Part shown: piece by piece, positions 1 to 17,273 of the stretch | Layout: every line of letters starts with the position of its first letter | How positions within the stretch are numbered: the first letter of the stretch is position 1 | NCBI RefSeq assembly: GCF_009914755.1 | Contig: NC_060946.1 | Origin: the human T2T-CHM13v2.0 reference genome, Homo sapiens | DNA: 64,000 nt | Direction: 5' to 3' (one strand) | Notes under the pieces: generated by a model | The model's database searches: none | Told to the model about the DNA's origin: nothing | Seen by the model: only the letters and a program-made list of their open reading frames with translations | Position numbers and translations under genes: made by a program

Positions 1-168
1 GTGTGAATTGCTTAGGATTTTCTGCACAAAAGGTTATGTAATCTGCAAATAAAAATAATTTTACCTTTTCCTTTCCAATGCAGATTCCTCTTTTATTGCC
101 TAACTGTCCTGGCTAGAACTCCCAGTACAATGTTGAACAGAAGCAGTGAGGGTGAACTCTAATCCTAG

Positions 169-508
<340 letters not shown>

Positions 509-1465
509 TGTCAAATGCTTTTTCTGCATCTATTGAGATGGTCATGTGGTTTACTGCTGTACTGATATGGTGTATTATACTAATTGTTTCTGGGTGTTAA
601 ATCAACCTTGCCTATAGGGATAAATTCCAAATGGTCATGGTGGACAATCCTTGTTGGATTCTATTTGCTAGTATTTTATTGCAGACTTTTTGTATCTATA
701 TTCATAAAAGATATTAGTCTGTAGTTTTGTAATGTCTTTGTCTGGTTTTGGCATCAGGAAAATAGTAGCCTCATAGAATGAGTTGTGAAAGTTTTCCCTC
801 TTCTTTGATTTTTCTGGAATAACTCATAAATAATTGATATTAATTCTTTCTTAAATGTTTGGCAGTGAAGCAATTTGGACCAATGCTCTTCTTTGTGGAA
901 AGTTGTTTTCTTTTAAAAAAAAAAAAAAAAGTTACTAATTTAATCTCTTTATTTATCTGTTCAGATTTTCTATTTCTCCTTGAGTCAGTTTTGGTAGTTT
1001 GTGTCTTTCTAAGAAATTATCCATTTCATCTAAGTCATCGAATTTACTGGCATATGATTGTTCATAGTATTTAAATGGCATCTTTTAAATTTCCATTTGC
1101 TGTTTGTTTCTAGTATACAAAAATACAACTCACTTTTGTATATTGACTTACTAGACTCTCTAATGAATTCCAATAATGTACCTGTAGAATCTCTAGACTT
1201 GCTACATGCATGAGCAAATTCTCTGTAAATAATGATGAATCTGTTTCCTCATTTCCAATCCTTATGACCTCATTTCTTTGTATTGCCTTACAGTAAGGCT
1301 TGATTTTCAGTCCAATGCTGAAGAGAAGTGGGGGAGCAGGTATCTTTATCTAGCTGCCAATTTTAAAAGGAAGGTTTTCAGCATTTTACCAATAAATACA
1401 TGTCTTCTATAGTTTTTGTAGCTACCATTTATCAGATTAAATTTTTTCTTTTTTTTTCTTTTTCT

Positions 1466-1780
1466 TTATTTTTTTATCATTTTGAGACAGGGTCTCACTC
1501 TGTCACCCAGACTGGAGGGCAGTGGCATGATCGTGGCTCCCTGCAACCTCTGCCTCTCCAGTTCAAGCGATTCTCGTGCCTCAGCCTCCTGACTAGCTGG
1601 GAATATAAGCACGCGCCCCCAAGCCCAGCTAATTTTTGTATTTTTAATACAGACGGAGTTTTGCCTGTTGGCCAGGCTGGTCTCTAACTCCTGACTTCAG
1701 GTCACCCACTTGCCTCAGCCTCCCAAAGTCTCGGCCTCCCAAAGTGCTGGGATTACAGGCGTGAACCACTGTGCTCAGCC
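1466..1780 (-). mobile_element. Alu (AluS)
   Basis: Alu consensus, with a small internal duplication of cctcccaaagt. Confidence 0.9.
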
Positions 1781-2336
1781 TATATTTCTAGTTTTCTAAG
1801 AGTTTCTTTTTTCGTAAATGGAGTTTGGGCTTTGTCAAATGTTTTTTCTGCATCTATCGAAATGAACATTTACTTTTTCTCCTTCAACTGTTAATGTGGC
1901 AAGTAACATTTGAGTTTACAATGTTAAATCTACCTTGTAGGTGGGTCACTTTTCTAATGTTTTGTTTAGAATTTTTGCATCTGTGTTTTGCGTGAGGTTG
2001 CCTGTAATTTTTCTTTCTTGTGTTGTCTACCCTCTTCTCTTTTTCATATCAAATTAAATTGGCCTCCTAAAATGGATCAGGTAATCTTCCCTTTTTTTCT
2101 TTCTCTAGAAGAGGTTGTGTATTAGAAGTGTTATTTGCAGGGCAGGATTCTCTGGTGAAGCCATCTGGACTTGGAGTTTTCTTTGTGGGAAGGTTTTTAG
2201 TTAAAAGTCAATGGTTATAAGATTATCCAGATTTTCTTTTTCTTGTGCCAATTTTGGAGCATGTGTTTTTCTAGAAGTTTATCCATTTTATGTAAAGTTT
2301 CAATTAAATTGCTACAGTTTTTCCTGATAGCCTCTA

Positions 2337-2950
2337 TTTAGTTTCCTATAGCTGCTACAACCATTTATCACCAACTTGGTGGCTTAAAACAACACATATT
2401 TATTATTTTACAATCTGGAGGCCAGAAGACCAAAATGGGTTACACTGGGCTGAATCAGGGTGTCAGCGGGGCCATGCTCCCTCCAGAGGCTCTAGAAATG
2501 CACCCATTTCTTTGCTTTTCACAGCTTCCAGAGGCCACCTATACTCCTTAGCTTGTGCGTAGCCACTTCTCTTATCTTCAAAGATGCCATTTAAATACTA
2601 TGAACAATCATATGCCAATAAATTAGATGACTTAGATGAAATGGATAATTTCTTAGAAAGACACAAACTACCAAAACTGACTCAAGGAAAAATAGAAAAT
2701 CTGAGCAAATAAATAAAGAGATTAAATTGGTAATTTAAAAAAAAATCCCACAAAGACGAGCCTTGGTCCAGATGGCTTCACTTCCAAACATTTAAGAAAG
2801 AATTAATACCAATTATTTATAATTGGTATTATAAATGCCAATTAACTATGGTGATGGTTGCAGAACCCATTATAAACCCTCCAGGCTCTGCTTCCATCAC
2901 AGACTTCTCTTCCAGTGTTAAACCTCCCTCCACCTTCCTCTGGCCTGGAA
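2337..2950 (-). mobile_element. MLT1-type MaLR LTR fragment interrupted by a sense L1 ORF2 fragment (~2590-2830)
   Basis: ttagtttcctatagctgct...ggtggcttaaaacaaca...ggaggccagaag MLT1 signature. Insert contains the L1 text tatgccaataaattagatgacttagatgaaatgga. Confidence 0.7.
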
Positions 2951-3136
2951 TACTTGTCCTAAGCACTTGACTCTATCTGGCTATCACAGATACATGCATG
3001 AGATCATCATTTGTGCTGAGAGTCTCTAGGGAAAGAGACTCAAACAAGTGACTCCTTGTCTCTTAAGTGTTTTCAAAGAATTAATTGCTGATTTCATTAA
3101 TTTTCTCTTACTTTTTTCTATTTCATTAATTTCTAA

Positions 3137-4100
<964 letters not shown>

Positions 4101-5349
4101 TGGTTTGATTATTATTTTTTTTAACTCCTTAAGATGATTGCTTAGCCCATTGATTCCCAGCCTTGATTATTTTCTAAAGTAAATATTTATGGCTGTAACT
4201 TTCTAAGTGCTGCTTAGCTGCCTCCCATATGTTTTGATGTGCCTTGCTTTTATTTTCATTTCATTCAAAACATTTTCTAATTTGCATGATGATTTTTCTT
4301 GACCTGTGAATTACTTAGATGAGTATTTCTTAATTCATAGTTGCTATCTTGTGTCAGATTTTTATGTATGATTTCAGTCCTTTAAAGTGTATTAAGATTG
4401 TTTTATGGCCAAAAATGAGGTCAATTTTAAAATAATCTTTCGTGTGTGCTTGAAAATAATGTACATTCTGCAGTTGGATGCAAATTTCTCTATATGCCAA
4501 TTAGGCCAAGTCTGTTGGTGGTGTATTTCAAATCTTCCGTATGCATACTGATTTTGTGTCAGCTTATTATACCAATTACGGAGACCTTGCACTAAGACTG
4601 TGAATTTGTCTGCTGCTCCTTGTGGTTCTGTCATTTTTCTTTAGCTATCTTGAGGCTTTGTTATTGGGTACATACAAATATACAATTGCTATATTTTTCT
4701 GATGAACATAACCTTTATCATTATAAAGGGCTTATGCTATCCAATGACTTTTCCTTTCGTGCTATTTTGCCTACCAGACGTAAAGCTAGACTGACTTTGT
4801 TCTGGTTAGTGTTTGCAGGGTATGTGTTTTTCCATCCTTTTACTTTTCACTTTTCCGCATTCTTAAGTTTTACATGTATCTCCTGAAAACAGCATGTAGA
4901 GTTTTGAAAACCCATCCTGACAAGCTTTGTCTTTCAACTGGAGAAACTGCCCATGTAGTTTCAGTCTAATTGCTGATAAATTTCCCTTTTTCAATCCTAC
5001 TTTGTATATCTATCTAACCTCTTCTATGTTATTTTTCACTCTGTTCTTGCCCTTTGGGATTGATTATATATTTTATTATTCCATTTTTGTCCTGTCTTAG
5101 TTTGACAATTCTATTGCGGCTTACCTAGAAATTTCAATACCCTTCCTTTTCTTGTTAGCATGAAATATTAATTGCTACTTTTCCACTTCCCCAGGAAATG
5201 CAAGGATCTACGATCTGTCTAATTCCATTACCCCCTTTCCAAGTTATACGCTCTTGTGTTTCTATATGTTCCATATATTTTAATATAATATACTCCATAT
5301 ATTTTAAGCTCCATAAGAATGTATATACAGTTTGTTCTCATTTCGGTTT

Positions 5350-6032
5350 TTTAAACAACTTTATCGAAATATAATTTGCATACCATATAGTTCCGCTGTT
5401 TAAAGTGTACAATTCAATGTTTTTAAGTTATTTGCAAAGTTCTGCAACCATTACCATAGTTAAATTTAGAGCATTTTTATCATCCCCAAAAGACACCTTG
5501 TACCCATTAGCAGCCACTCCCCATGACCCACCTCCCAACTTCTCCTCACCCTCCTCCTTGCCCCTAGCAAACACCAATTCACTTTCTGTGTCTGTAAAGG
5601 GCCTAATTTAACATTTCATATAAGTGGGGTAATAAAACACACAGTCTTTTGTGTCTGGCTTCACTGTGCAGAATGTTTTCAAGAGCGCCCATATTATAGC
5701 ATATTTCGGCACTTCATTCCTTTTTATTGGTGAATAATGTTGCACTGCAGAAATATAACCCCTTTTGTTTATTCACTATTGATGGATGTTTATGTTTTTT
5801 CCATTTGTTGTCTTTTATGAATAATGCTGCTATAAACATCTGTGTAGAAGTTTTTAGGTGGACATATGCTTTCAATTCTCTTGGGTATATACCCAGAAGT
5901 GGAATTACCGGGTCATACACTAAGTCCATGTTTAACCATTTGCAGATCCACCAGACTGTTTTTCAAAGTGGCAGCGTCACTTCACATTCCCAGCAGCAAT
6001 GTACGAGGGTTCTAATTTCTTTACATCCTCAT
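5350..6032 (-). mobile_element. L1MB-like 3' end, antisense (continues after 8721)
   Basis: Antisense L1 3' text (atgctgctataaacat, ttctcttgggtatatacccagaagtggaatt, cacattcccagcagcaatg). Confidence 0.8.
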
Positions 6033-8716
6033 TGCTGTAGTTTTAATGATGGGGTCCCTCCAAAATTCGTGTTGAAACCAAATCCCCGATGATACAGCAG
6101 TGTTAAGAGGTGTGGCCTTTGAGGGGTGAGTGGAAGTGGTACCTTTGTAAAAGGGCTCAAGGCTGGAGGGAGGGCTCTCTTGCCTTCTGTCTCTTCTGCC
6201 GTGGGAGGCCACAGTATTCCTCCCCACTAAAGGATGCTACAACAAGACGCCATTTTGGAAGCAGAGAGCAGCCCTCACCAGACACCAATCCTGCTGACAC
6301 CTTGATCTTGGACCTTCTGGCCTCCAGAACTGTGAGAAATAAATTTCTGGTCTTTATAAATTACCCAGTCTATGGTATTCTGTTGTACTAGCACAAACAG
6401 ACTAAGACAGAAATGGGTACCAGGAGTAGAGTATTGCTATATATGTATATATATATACATACCTGAAAATGTGAATGTGGCTTTAGAACTGGGCAATGGA
6501 TAGAGGCTGAAACAGTTTTGAAGTGAGTGCTGGAAAAACCCTGTATTTCATTAAGGGAAATTCTGGTGAGGGCTGGGTCTTCCCAGAAAAGAGCTGTAGA
6601 GATTATCTGAGTAGGTCAAGCACAGAATGTTGGTAGAAACATGAACAGGAAAGGCCATTCTGATAAGGTCTTGGACAGAAATGAGGAATTTCTTATTGGA
6701 AACTGGAGGAAAGGCCATCTTTGTTACAAAGTGGCAGAAAAGTTGTCTGAATTTTATCTGTGCCCTGCTGCTCTGTGAAAGCAGAATTCAAAAGTGATGA
6801 ACTAGGATATTTGGCAAAGAAAAACTCTAAGCATGGCTGCGTGGCTTCTCTTAACTGCTTATAAAATACAAGAAAAGAGAAACGAGTTAAAGACAGGATT
6901 CATTATCAAAAGGGAAGCAGAACATAAAGATGTGGAAAATCTCAGCCTGGCCATGTGAAGGATGAAACCGCATGTTTAGGGGAGAAAATTAAGGGTATGG
7001 CTAAGCTACACTTGGATAAAGAGATTAGCATGGATAGAAGGGAGGCAGATACTATCCATCAAAGCAATGGAAAAATGGCCCATTTCAGAGTCAATTGATG
7101 GCATTTCAGAGATCTTCCGTCCTCAAGATTTCAGAGATCTGCTACAAGTCTCACAGGCCCAGAGGGCCACATTCTTGAGGGTAGCAGAGTTCAAAGGGAG
7201 GGTTTCAGGATACTCACGGGACGTCAGAGCTCGCTGCCCACTGCTGCCTCAAGTCTCAAAAATGCTCCCTACATTTTTGTGCAGTGCTCCTTGGCCACCC
7301 CAGCCATAGCCCAAGTGGACCCAGATGTGGCTCAGGCTGCCACTCTAGAAGGCATAAGCAATAAGCCTTGGCAGTATCCACTTGGTGCTAACTTTGCAGG
7401 CAGAGCTCATGCACAGAGAGTGTATGAGCTGTGGATCCATGGCTACCTCAACCTAGATTTCAAAGGATATCTCAGAGAGCCTCGGGGCCCAGGCAGAGAA
7501 ATGCTGCAGGGGCAGGACCACTGCAGAGTCCCCACTAGGGCAATGCCTAGTGAAGTCAGGGCCACCACGGAGAGCCCCTACTAGGCCAGAAGAAAGGGGC
7601 ACCAGGGGAATGTCCAGTGGGGCCACGGGAGTGGGGCTGTTCTCGAGACCTCAGAACTGTGGAGCCATTGGAGTATGATCCCAGCCTGGGAGAGGGGCAG
7701 TCACCAAACTCCAACCCATGAGAGCTGCTGTGTGGACCACCCAGCAAAGCCATTAGGGAAGGGATCCCTGGAAACGTTAAAGGACCAACTCCCACCTAAG
7801 TGTCTAGAAGGCAGGACATGGAGTCAAAGAAGATTATTCTCAAAACTTTAAGTGATTTTTTTTTTTTTTTTTAGAGACAGGGTCTCACTGTGTTGCCCAG
7901 GGTGGCCTTGGATTCCTAGATTCAAGCATTCCTCCCACCTTAACCTCTCCAAGTAGCTGAGACTGCAGGCACACACCACTGCACCCAGCTCAAGCTCTAA
8001 GGTTTAATGTTGTTTTCCTGTTGGGTTTTGGATTTACTTGAAACTTGTTACCCTTTTCTTCTTGCCTATTTCTCTCTTTTGGAATGGCAGTACCTATCCT
8101 ATACTTCTCCCACCATTGTATCTTGGAAGCACATCACTTGTTTGATTTCAGTCTCACAGCTGTAGAGGAATTTGCCTACGGATGAATGGTACCTTGAGTC
8201 CCATCTGTATCTGAGTTAGATGATATTTACATGAGACTTTGGACTTAGACATTAAAGTTGATGCTAGAATGAGCTAAGAATCTTTGAGGCTGTTGGGATG
8301 GAATACATGTATTTTGTTTGTGCAAATAACATGAATTTTGGAGGCTAGGACAGAATGTTATGGTTTGAATGATGGTGTCCTCTCCAAAACTCACGCCCAG
8401 TGCAACAGTAAATTAAAAGGTGCAGCCTTTGGGAGGTGATTAAGACAGAAGGGTTCTATGCTCATGATTGGGATTAGCACCCTCTCTTGCCTTCTGTCTC
8501 TTCTGCCATGTGAGGCCACAGGGTTCCTCTCCTCTGGAGGATGCTGCAACAAGATGCCATTTTGGAAACCGACGGTAGCCCTCACCAGATATCAATCCTG
8601 CCGGCACCTGGATCTTGGACTTTCTAGCCTCCAGAACTGTGAGAAATAAATTTCTGTTCTTTACAAATTACCCAGTCTGTGGTATTCTGTTACAGGAGCA
8701 AAAATGGACTAAGAGA
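6033..8716 (+). mobile_element. Full-length MaLR provirus (MST/MLT1A-class): 5'LTR 6033-6409, internal 6410-8355, 3'LTR 8356-8716
   Basis: Two similar LTRs (tg(c/t)t.t.gttt.aatgatgg...gactaaga(c/g)a). MaLR internal start gaaatgggtaccaggag. Degenerate 5-bp TSD ctcat/cttac. Alu fragment at 7856-7992. Confidence 0.88.
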
Positions 8717-8721
8717 CTTAC

Positions 8722-11700
8722 CAACATTTGTTATTGTCTATCCTTTTGATGATAGCCATTCTGGCAGGTGTGAAGTAGCATCTCATTGTGATAATTTTTG
8801 CCTATATTTACCCACATATTTGCATTGTAGTCCTCTTTTTTGCTGCAAGTCTGACCTTTGTTGGGGTCATTTTCCTCATGCCAACAGAACACTTTCTAGT
8901 ATTTTCTTTACATAGGTCTACCTACTATTGATGAATTTTCTTAGTTTTAGTCTGTCTGAAAATGTTTTTATTTCATCTTCATATTTCTATCTTTCTACTT
9001 TAAACTTTCTTCTAGTTATACTTGAAGTCAGTTGCTTCCAGATAGCATTTAGTTGGGTCATTTTTAAGATTTACTCCACCAACCTGTCTTTTCATTAGTG
9101 TATTAAGACTATTTACATTTAATGTAATTATTGATATTTCAGAGGTTAAGTTTGTCATTTTTTTCCTGTGTGTCTCCTCTAATTTTGTTTCTCTGTTTTT
9201 TTCTCTGCATCCCTGTGGAGCATTTGAACACTTTTTTAGGATTCCATTTTGATTTGTCTATAGTATATTCAAGTGTTCCTCTTTGTGTAGATTTTTTGTG
9301 GATGCTCTAGGCACTACAATATACATACATAACCTATGGTCTACTGGTGTCAACCTTTTATCAGTTAAAGTGAAATATAGAAACTTTACTTCCCTTGGAG
9401 TCCATTTACCCTCCCATTTAAAATATTATTTCCTAAATATTTCTTCTACATACATTGAGAACCATAGTGAATGATGTTATAAGTTTTGCTTCAATCCTTG
9501 AACACAGTTTAGGAAATTCAAGAAAAGAAAATTATATTGCATTCACTCATAGTTTTGCTCTTTCCCTTATTCTAGGTTCCTAATGTCCCAAGATTCCTTC
9601 TTTTATCATTTTTTTCTATTTCAAGAGCTTCCTATAGCCATTGTTTTATGGTAGGTATGTTGGCAATAAATTATTTTCATTTGTTTTCCTTTGAGAATGT
9701 CTTAATTGCCCCATCACTTCTAAAGGATATTTTTGCTAGGTATAAAATTATGGGTTGTGAATCCTTTCTTTCAAGAATCCAAAAATGTTGGACCGCATGG
9801 TTTCTGATGAGAAATCTAGTGATTTTCCTCTATAGGTAAGGTGTCATTTCTCTCTTGCTGGCCTCGAGATTTTTTCCTTTGTCTTTATTTTTCAGAAGTT
9901 TGACTATGATGTGTCTTGGCATGCATTTCTTTGGGTTTATTTTAGTTGAGATTCATTTAAGTTATTGAATTTGTAGGTTTGTGTCTTTTGCCAAATTTGG
10001 GAAATTTTCAGCTATATTTCTTTGAATACATTTTCAGCTCCACACTTTTTCTCCTCTCCTGAGACTCTGATGATATGGATGTTAGCTCTTTTGTTAATGG
10101 TCCCACAGGTCCTTGAGACTCTGTCCATTTTTTAAAAAGTCAATTTCTCTCTATTGTTCAAATTGTGTAATTTCTGTTGTTCTATTTTCAAATTCAGTGG
10201 TTATTCCTCAGTCCCTTCCATTGAGCTCATTCAATGAGGTTTTAAATTTTGGTTATTACTTTTTAGTTCTAAAATTTCCATTTGACTCTTCTTTATATCT
10301 TCTGTATCTTTGCCAGGATTTTCTATTTTCTCATTTGTTTCAAGCTTATTGAAAATTTCTTATGATACATGCTTTAAAATCCTTGTCAGATAACTTCACA
10401 TCTGTGTCATTTCAGGGCTTGCATCCATTGATTGTCTTTTCTTTTTCAAGTTGAGATTTTCTTGTTTCTCAGAATGACAAATAATTTTCAATTGTGTTCC
10501 AGTCATTTGGGGCATTATGTTATGAGATTTCAGATCTTATTTAAATCTAATTTATCAGGCGGCCTATGACACTACACTAGTAGGGGAGTGGTACTGTCTC
10601 ATTACTGCCAGATGGAGGTGGAAGTCTAGATTCTCACTCAGCTTCTCCAGCATCCCATGTGGGAGGAGGGTCTTGTTACCTGGTGTACCTTCATTTTTCT
10701 CACCTTCATCTTTCTAGGTATATAACTTTAGGTTGGCACTCATTTTTTTTAATAGTACCAAAACTATAATTTCTCTGTTTTTTTGTTTCTATTGCTGCCA
10801 TGGAAAAAATAGCTGTCAGTTGCATTATTACTCCATGAAACTGGAGGTGATTGCAATTTGTTTCTACTCAACTCTCCCACCCCGCTCTCCACTCGTGACT
10901 GCATATAAGATTTCTCATTGTTATTCTAAATCTTCGTTTTGATTTTTCTAGGTGTGAATTTCTACTTATTTGTCTTGTTTGGGGTTCATTAAGTTCTTGA
11001 AATCCATGGATTTACATCTGCCATCAGTTAGAAAATTCTCAGCTATTATTTCTTCAAATGTTACTTCCACTCAATTCCCTCTCTCCTTTTCTTCTCCAAT
11101 TACAAATTCATATACTCGCTATATTGTATATTTCTATTACCCTTCTGTTTTCCATCCTCTTATCCCTTAGAGTTTCATTCTGTGTTTTTTGTTTTTTGTT
11201 TTTTGAGACAGAGTCTCACTCTATTGCCCAGGCTGGAGTACAGTGGCACGACCTCGGCTCACTGCAACCTCTGCCTCTGGGTTCAAGTGATCCTCCTGTC
11301 TCAACCTCCCGAGTAGCTGGGATTACAGGCGTGCGCCATCATGTCCCACTAATTTTTGTATTTTTAGTAGAGAGGCGGTTTCGCCATGTTGGTCAGGCTA
11401 GTCTCAAACTCCTGACCTCGGGTGATCCATCCGCCTCGGCCTCCCAAAGTGCTAGGATTACAAGCATGAGTCACTGTGCCCAGCGCAGAGTTTCATTCTT
11501 AATGGTAAATTTTCAGTTCTCTCTTCAGCTATTAAAATCATCCATTGAATTCTTAATATTGGTTATTGGTTTTTTACTTCTAAAATTTGTGGTTGGTTCT
11601 TCCAATATGCTTGTTACTTTTTCTAGTTTCTAGTTCCTTGATTACATTTTTAAGCTCCACTTTTGTCCCCAAGAGCACACATAGTGATCATGTTGTCAAG

Positions 11701-12600
11701 ACTGTGTCTTATAGTTCTACCATCTGAGATAACTGTGGATCTTTCCATTGTTGTCTTGGTTTTCATTCCTGCTCTCTTGCCTCCTTCTGTGCTGGTTGTC
11801 TTTGATTGTGCGGTGATGGACATTATGTCTGAAAAACTCTCTGTAGAAATAATCTACTGGGTACAATGGCTCACACCTATAATCCCAGCACTTTGGGAAG
11901 CTGAATCAGGAGGATTTCTTGAGCCCAGGACTTCACGACCAGCATGGGCAACACAGCAGAACCCTGTTGCTACAAAGAATTTACAAAATTATCCGGGCAT
12001 GATGGCCCATGCTTGTAGTCTCAGCTACTTGGGAGGCTGAGGTGAAAGGATCACTGAGCCTGGGAGGTCAAGGCTGCAGTGAGTTGAGGCTGCAGTAACA
12101 CTGCTCTCCAGCCTGGGTGACAGAGTGAGACCCTGTCTCCAAAATAATAATAATAATTTGAGGCCAAGATGACTTTATCTTCTTCCAGAGAGAATTTTCT
12201 TTCCTTCTCCAGGTGCTTGGGCATTCTAGATTTACCTTAATCCAGTTTCAGGGATTGAGATTTTTGGCACTACCCTGGTTACTGGAAGCTAAGCTATAGG
12301 ACATGAAAGAGCTGGTTTTATTCCAATGTACTCTTTATACTTAATATACACCCTTTTGGAACCCAACCCTAAATATGGGGTCAGGGATGTCTGCCAGGGC
12401 CCCCAGCCTTGCTTGGCAGGCTCTGGACACCAGTGATTGTCCCCGTCACCCTGTGAGGCTGTCAAAAGTGCTGCCTGGCCTCTGACTTTCCTCTTCCAGA
12501 TCAGCTAATGCTCTCTGGGGAGAAGGCGCCCCAAATGCAGGCTTCACCTTTCTGAATTTCCTTCTCGGATTTTACTCACTATCTCGTCACTCTTCGATGT
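8722..12600 (-). mobile_element. Degenerate ancient L1 (L1M) fragments, antisense, with AluS (11185-11486, -) and AluJ (11858-12158, +)
   Basis: T-rich antisense L1 ORF1/ORF2 text (ttgccaaatttgggaaattttcagct, tcccacaggtccttgagactctg). Confidence 0.65.
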
Positions 12601-13002
12601 TTCTAGGAAGATCTTAAAATCTTCTGTGCATCTGTTTCCTTATCTTCAGAGAAATGGTGGGTCTGAACTCTGTAGCCCGTCATCACTTGAAGGGCCACAA
12701 AGCGCGTCTCGCGAAATCCACCCCCTGCAGGAGCTCTGCCTGGTGACAGGGCTCAGGACCCCTCTGCTCTCAGTTCTGTCCTCACCTTCCCTCCTGGGGA
12801 ATGTCTTTCCAGTGTATGGGTTTCCTAATTCCCTTCTTGTTTCTTCCCAATCACTCTTCTTCTACCAGGGGAAGCCTCTTCTCTCTCTGAACTTGGATTT
12901 TGAACAAAAGCCAGAAAGTGTTCCTGGGAATTTTCTGCCTCTTGCCCACCACACCCTTCCCTTCTACCTGTAACTAGAGAAGCCTGACTGAGCCAGACTC
13001 AG

Positions 13003-13357
<355 letters not shown>

Positions 13358-13708
13358 TTAAAAAATGCTAATTAATGCTTTAACGATTACTCAGCCACAC
13401 ACATGTTAGACTTGCATGAGGGTCCATTTAAGGAAAGATAATGAGTAGAAGGCTACAATTCTGTTCTAAAAATGAGGAAAGCATGATCTTGGAGCCACAC
13501 TGCTTGGGTTTGAATCTGGGCTCCACCCCTCACAGTCATTCACTTCCTATGTAACCCACTGGGCACTTCACACTGAGCCAAACACTTCCTGAGCATTTGC
13601 AATAAACCTCTTGAGTGAAGTGCTGTTATTACCCCCTCCTTTGAACTGTGTAACTTGAGCAGCCTACGTATTACAAACTCTGTAAACCATCAGAGGCTAT
13701 ACAGGAGT

Positions 13709-13880
13709 GTCATCACCACCATCATCACCATCACCATCATCACCACCATCACCATCATCATCATCACCATCATCACCATCATCAACATCACCATCATCAC
13801 CATCATCACCATCATCATTATCATCATCGCCATCATCACCATCATCATTATCACCATAATCACCATCATCATCATCATTA
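13709..13880 (+). repeat. (CAT/CAC)n degenerate trinucleotide microsatellite next to a MIR fragment
   Basis: ~57 imperfect CAY units. Confidence 0.95.
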
Positions 13881-14120
13881 TGCTAGAAGAGACGTTTCTC
13901 AAACATCTGGATGATACCTGGACGTGGCAGACATGGATCCAAGATGATCTCAGATAGGTTTGGGGGAAAGAGAGAGAGAGAAGGAGAGAGAGACAGAGAC
14001 AGAGACACAGAGAGACACGAGCGAAAACTGGCCATATCAAAAGTAACAATCGACCGTGTGGAATGCATTTCCCAGCATGAATTCTGAGGCATCTTAGGCC
14101 TAAAAGAAGACCAGAGAAGC

Positions 14121-14432
<312 letters not shown>

Positions 14433-15434
14433 CTAATTAACTAGTTTAAGAGGAACTTAAGCTAAATTTCCTTAGACATCCTAAATGGACATTGGCCCTT
14501 TTCACATTCTGAGAAAATTTCTCAGGAAAAAAAAAAAAAAAAAGAAGCAGGGAAATTTACTTAATCCATTACTTCCCAGGTTTCATTGCTGTGGAACACG
14601 GTTTCTTACTGACACCGGTGACAATCTAAGAAGCGTATTTTGTAATGTGTAAATTAAAATGTGGCTCCTTCCTCACTTATTAGGAGCTGCTGGCATTGGA
14701 AGAAGAAATGGTGAAACTGTAATGAGAAATTAATGAATAAGAAAGAAAACTGAGAGAATACTTTAAACCAACAGCTGATGCTTTAAAAATAAATAAGTTC
14801 AACAGTTAGTCTCTGACAAATCTAATCAATAAAAAAAAGAAAACAGATTAAATTAAGCAGAAGAAAGAGGGTGTGATCAATGCAGAGAGGATTCTCAAAG
14901 CCTGAGATGAAACTACGCACGGTTCTATGCTGATCAATTAGAAAATCTCCATGAAATGGACAGGTTTCTGTTCCCTCCCCAAATGATTAAAGCAGAAGTA
15001 GCTTATCTGGGAAAAAAATGCTATTTCCCATCTCTGGTACCCAGTGCCAGAAATTCCAGTCAATTAGACTTAATAAGTTGAGGGAGTGAGCTTCCTCAAG
15101 CAGGAGAGACAGACACTCTTATCTGCCAAGGACATGTTTATCTAGCTAGATCATGAATAATTGAGAAGTAGAGTCACAGGAAAAAAGGACAAAACCCAGC
15201 ACGAGTCAGATAGAGACTGTCAAGGTAAATGTGATAAAATTAAACTAAGTAGCTATAACAAGAGATGTATAAGACCTGTTTGAAGGAAAATACAAAACTT
15301 GATTGTGGAACAGGGTTGAAACTGGAAGGAGACAAATGTCAGAGAGCACTTCCTCTCCACAGTGACCCTGCAGTTGCACAGCCACATGAGTGTGTACAAC
15401 CTTCAACGGAGCATGTGTATTTACATGCAGTGCG

Positions 15435-16246
<812 letters not shown>

Positions 16247-16823
16247 TAAAAAGTCAGCTGAGGCTTAGCATGTAGAAAGCCACAAAAGAACACCACTCCT
16301 AACCTAACGGTGAGTAAAGGTACAAAACTGGAATTTTTCTTGAGCCCATGAGAGAGCTAAGATTACAAGGAAGTAAATTCCAAATAGTGCCCAGCCCCAT
16401 CGAGGAGAGATAAGACAAGGCACATGAATTGTGGCGCTGTTAGCAGAGCATGAGAAAACATAGGGCTGCTGGAAAGACAGAAAAGGAGCAAATGGCTAAA
16501 ATAGTAACAAATTCCTATGGGCTGAATATGGGATACTGTGACCCTCTGGAATAAGTGGGAATCCAGACCCTAGCGGAGGTCATCTCAGTCCCCTACAAAC
16601 TCTTTCCCTCCTCTGAGTGCTCACTGGGAATATTGGAGACAGGCAGGACAGCATCAAAAGCTGCCACTTCTTTGATGCACAAACATGAAAAACAACACCT
16701 TTTCCCAGACCCTTCACTTATATAAAACAAGAGCTCCAGGCCACTGGGGGAAGGGCAGGAAATCCTCCCAAGGCCCACAAAGATCCATAGCTTCTGGGGA
16801 ATAGAAACAAAAGATAGTTTTCA

Positions 16824-17272
<449 letters not shown>

Positions 17273-17273
17273 A

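Noticed and set aside
13655-14049. Poly-Ile/Thr, poly-Met/Val and poly-His frames
   Set aside because: Translations of a (CAY)n microsatellite with no promoter or splice context.
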